Shown here: piece by piece, positions 24,550 through 24,897 of the stretch
How the letters are laid out: each line of letters begins with the position of its first letter
How positions within the stretch are numbered: the first letter of the stretch is position 1
Virus record (IMG/VR): IMGVR_UViG_3300035682_002155
Coordinates: 1-24,897 of that record
DNA length: 24,897 nt
DNA from: a virus
Lineage: Duplodnaviria; Caudoviricetes
Direction: 5' to 3' (one strand)
Made by a program: the position numbers and the translations under genes
Notes under the pieces: model-generated
Database searches by the model: none
What the model was told of the DNA's origin: nothing
Seen by the model: only the letters and a program-made list of their open reading frames with translations

Positions 24550-24897
24550 ATGGAAAAAGAATTTATACCTTACGAACAATCATTAACTTTAAAAGAATTA
24601 GGATTCGATGAACCTTGTTTTGGGTTTTATGATGACCTTGATAACAATAAACCAATAGGAGGTAATTTTCCTTGTGACGGAAAAAATTCAGCACCAACAT
24701 TCTCACAATGCTTTAGATTTTTTAGAGAGGAGTATGGTTTGAGAGGATTTATTGGGTTTAGACCGAATGTAAAACAATTTGATTGTCACATTTATGATAT
24801 GTCTTTGTCAGGTAAAGAATATGTTAAACAAAGAACAATGGAAGAGTTTAACAAAGACCCTAAAGTTGGGACTTATGAAGAAGCAGAACTTGAATGT
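24550..24897 (+). CDS. Hypothetical phage protein (3' truncated by window)
   Basis: Open frame MEKEFIPYEQSLTLKELGFDEPCFGFY...APTFSQCFRFFREEYGL...TYEEAELEC running to the window end. Confidence 0.75.
   Translation, partial: MEKEFIPYEQSLTLKELGFDEPCFGFYDDLDNNKPIGGNFPCDGKNSAPTFSQCFRFFREEYGLRGFIGFRPNVKQFDCHIYDMSLSGKEYVKQRTMEEFNKDPKVGTYEEAELEC

Noticed and set aside
1-24897. Alternative genetic code (stop-codon reassignment as in some large phages)
   Set aside because: Genes are intact and tightly packed under code 11; no recognisable domain is split by TAG or TGA.
1-24897. CRISPR array, tRNA or rRNA genes
   Set aside because: No regularly spaced direct repeats or cloverleaf-like segments seen; intergenic spaces are short and mostly explained by promoters and terminators.
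1-24897. Bacterial chromosome origin (given sigma factor, dnaJ, trxA)
   Set aside because: Housekeeping-like genes lack their usual operon partners and are mixed with DUF3310, a homing endonuclease, a tube-like gene and many hypotheticals. A large phage is more parsimonious, although no capsid or terminase gene is in the window.

Overview
AT-rich, densely coding fragment (standard genetic code, mostly + strand) that most likely comes from a large (jumbo-type) tailed phage of a Bacteroidota host. Host evidence: four TTTG-N19/20-TAnnTTTG promoters, SD-less A-rich leaders, a Bacteroidota-type primary sigma factor, and Hc1-like and DUF6576-like proteins. Recognisable genes: SbcC/gp46-like ATPase (partial), sigma-70 factor, amidase within a membrane/lysis-like cluster, Hc1 histone-like protein, DnaJ, two orphan DNA methyltransferases, PcfJ-like protein, thioredoxin, glutaredoxin, GIY-YIG endonuclease, tail-tube-like protein, DUF3310, PG-binding protein, DUF192 and a Nudix hydrolase. 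Best leads: (1) unrelated proteins sharing an (I/L)xE...EQ leader, mostly downstream of one TATTTAT motif, suggesting a capsid-cargo addressing and protease-processing system; (2) an ORF-less unit between that motif and a terminator, whose RNA resembles the Bacteroidota 16S 3' tail; (3) a catalytically eroded MetK-like protein. All family assignments come from motif recognition by eye, not from database searches.
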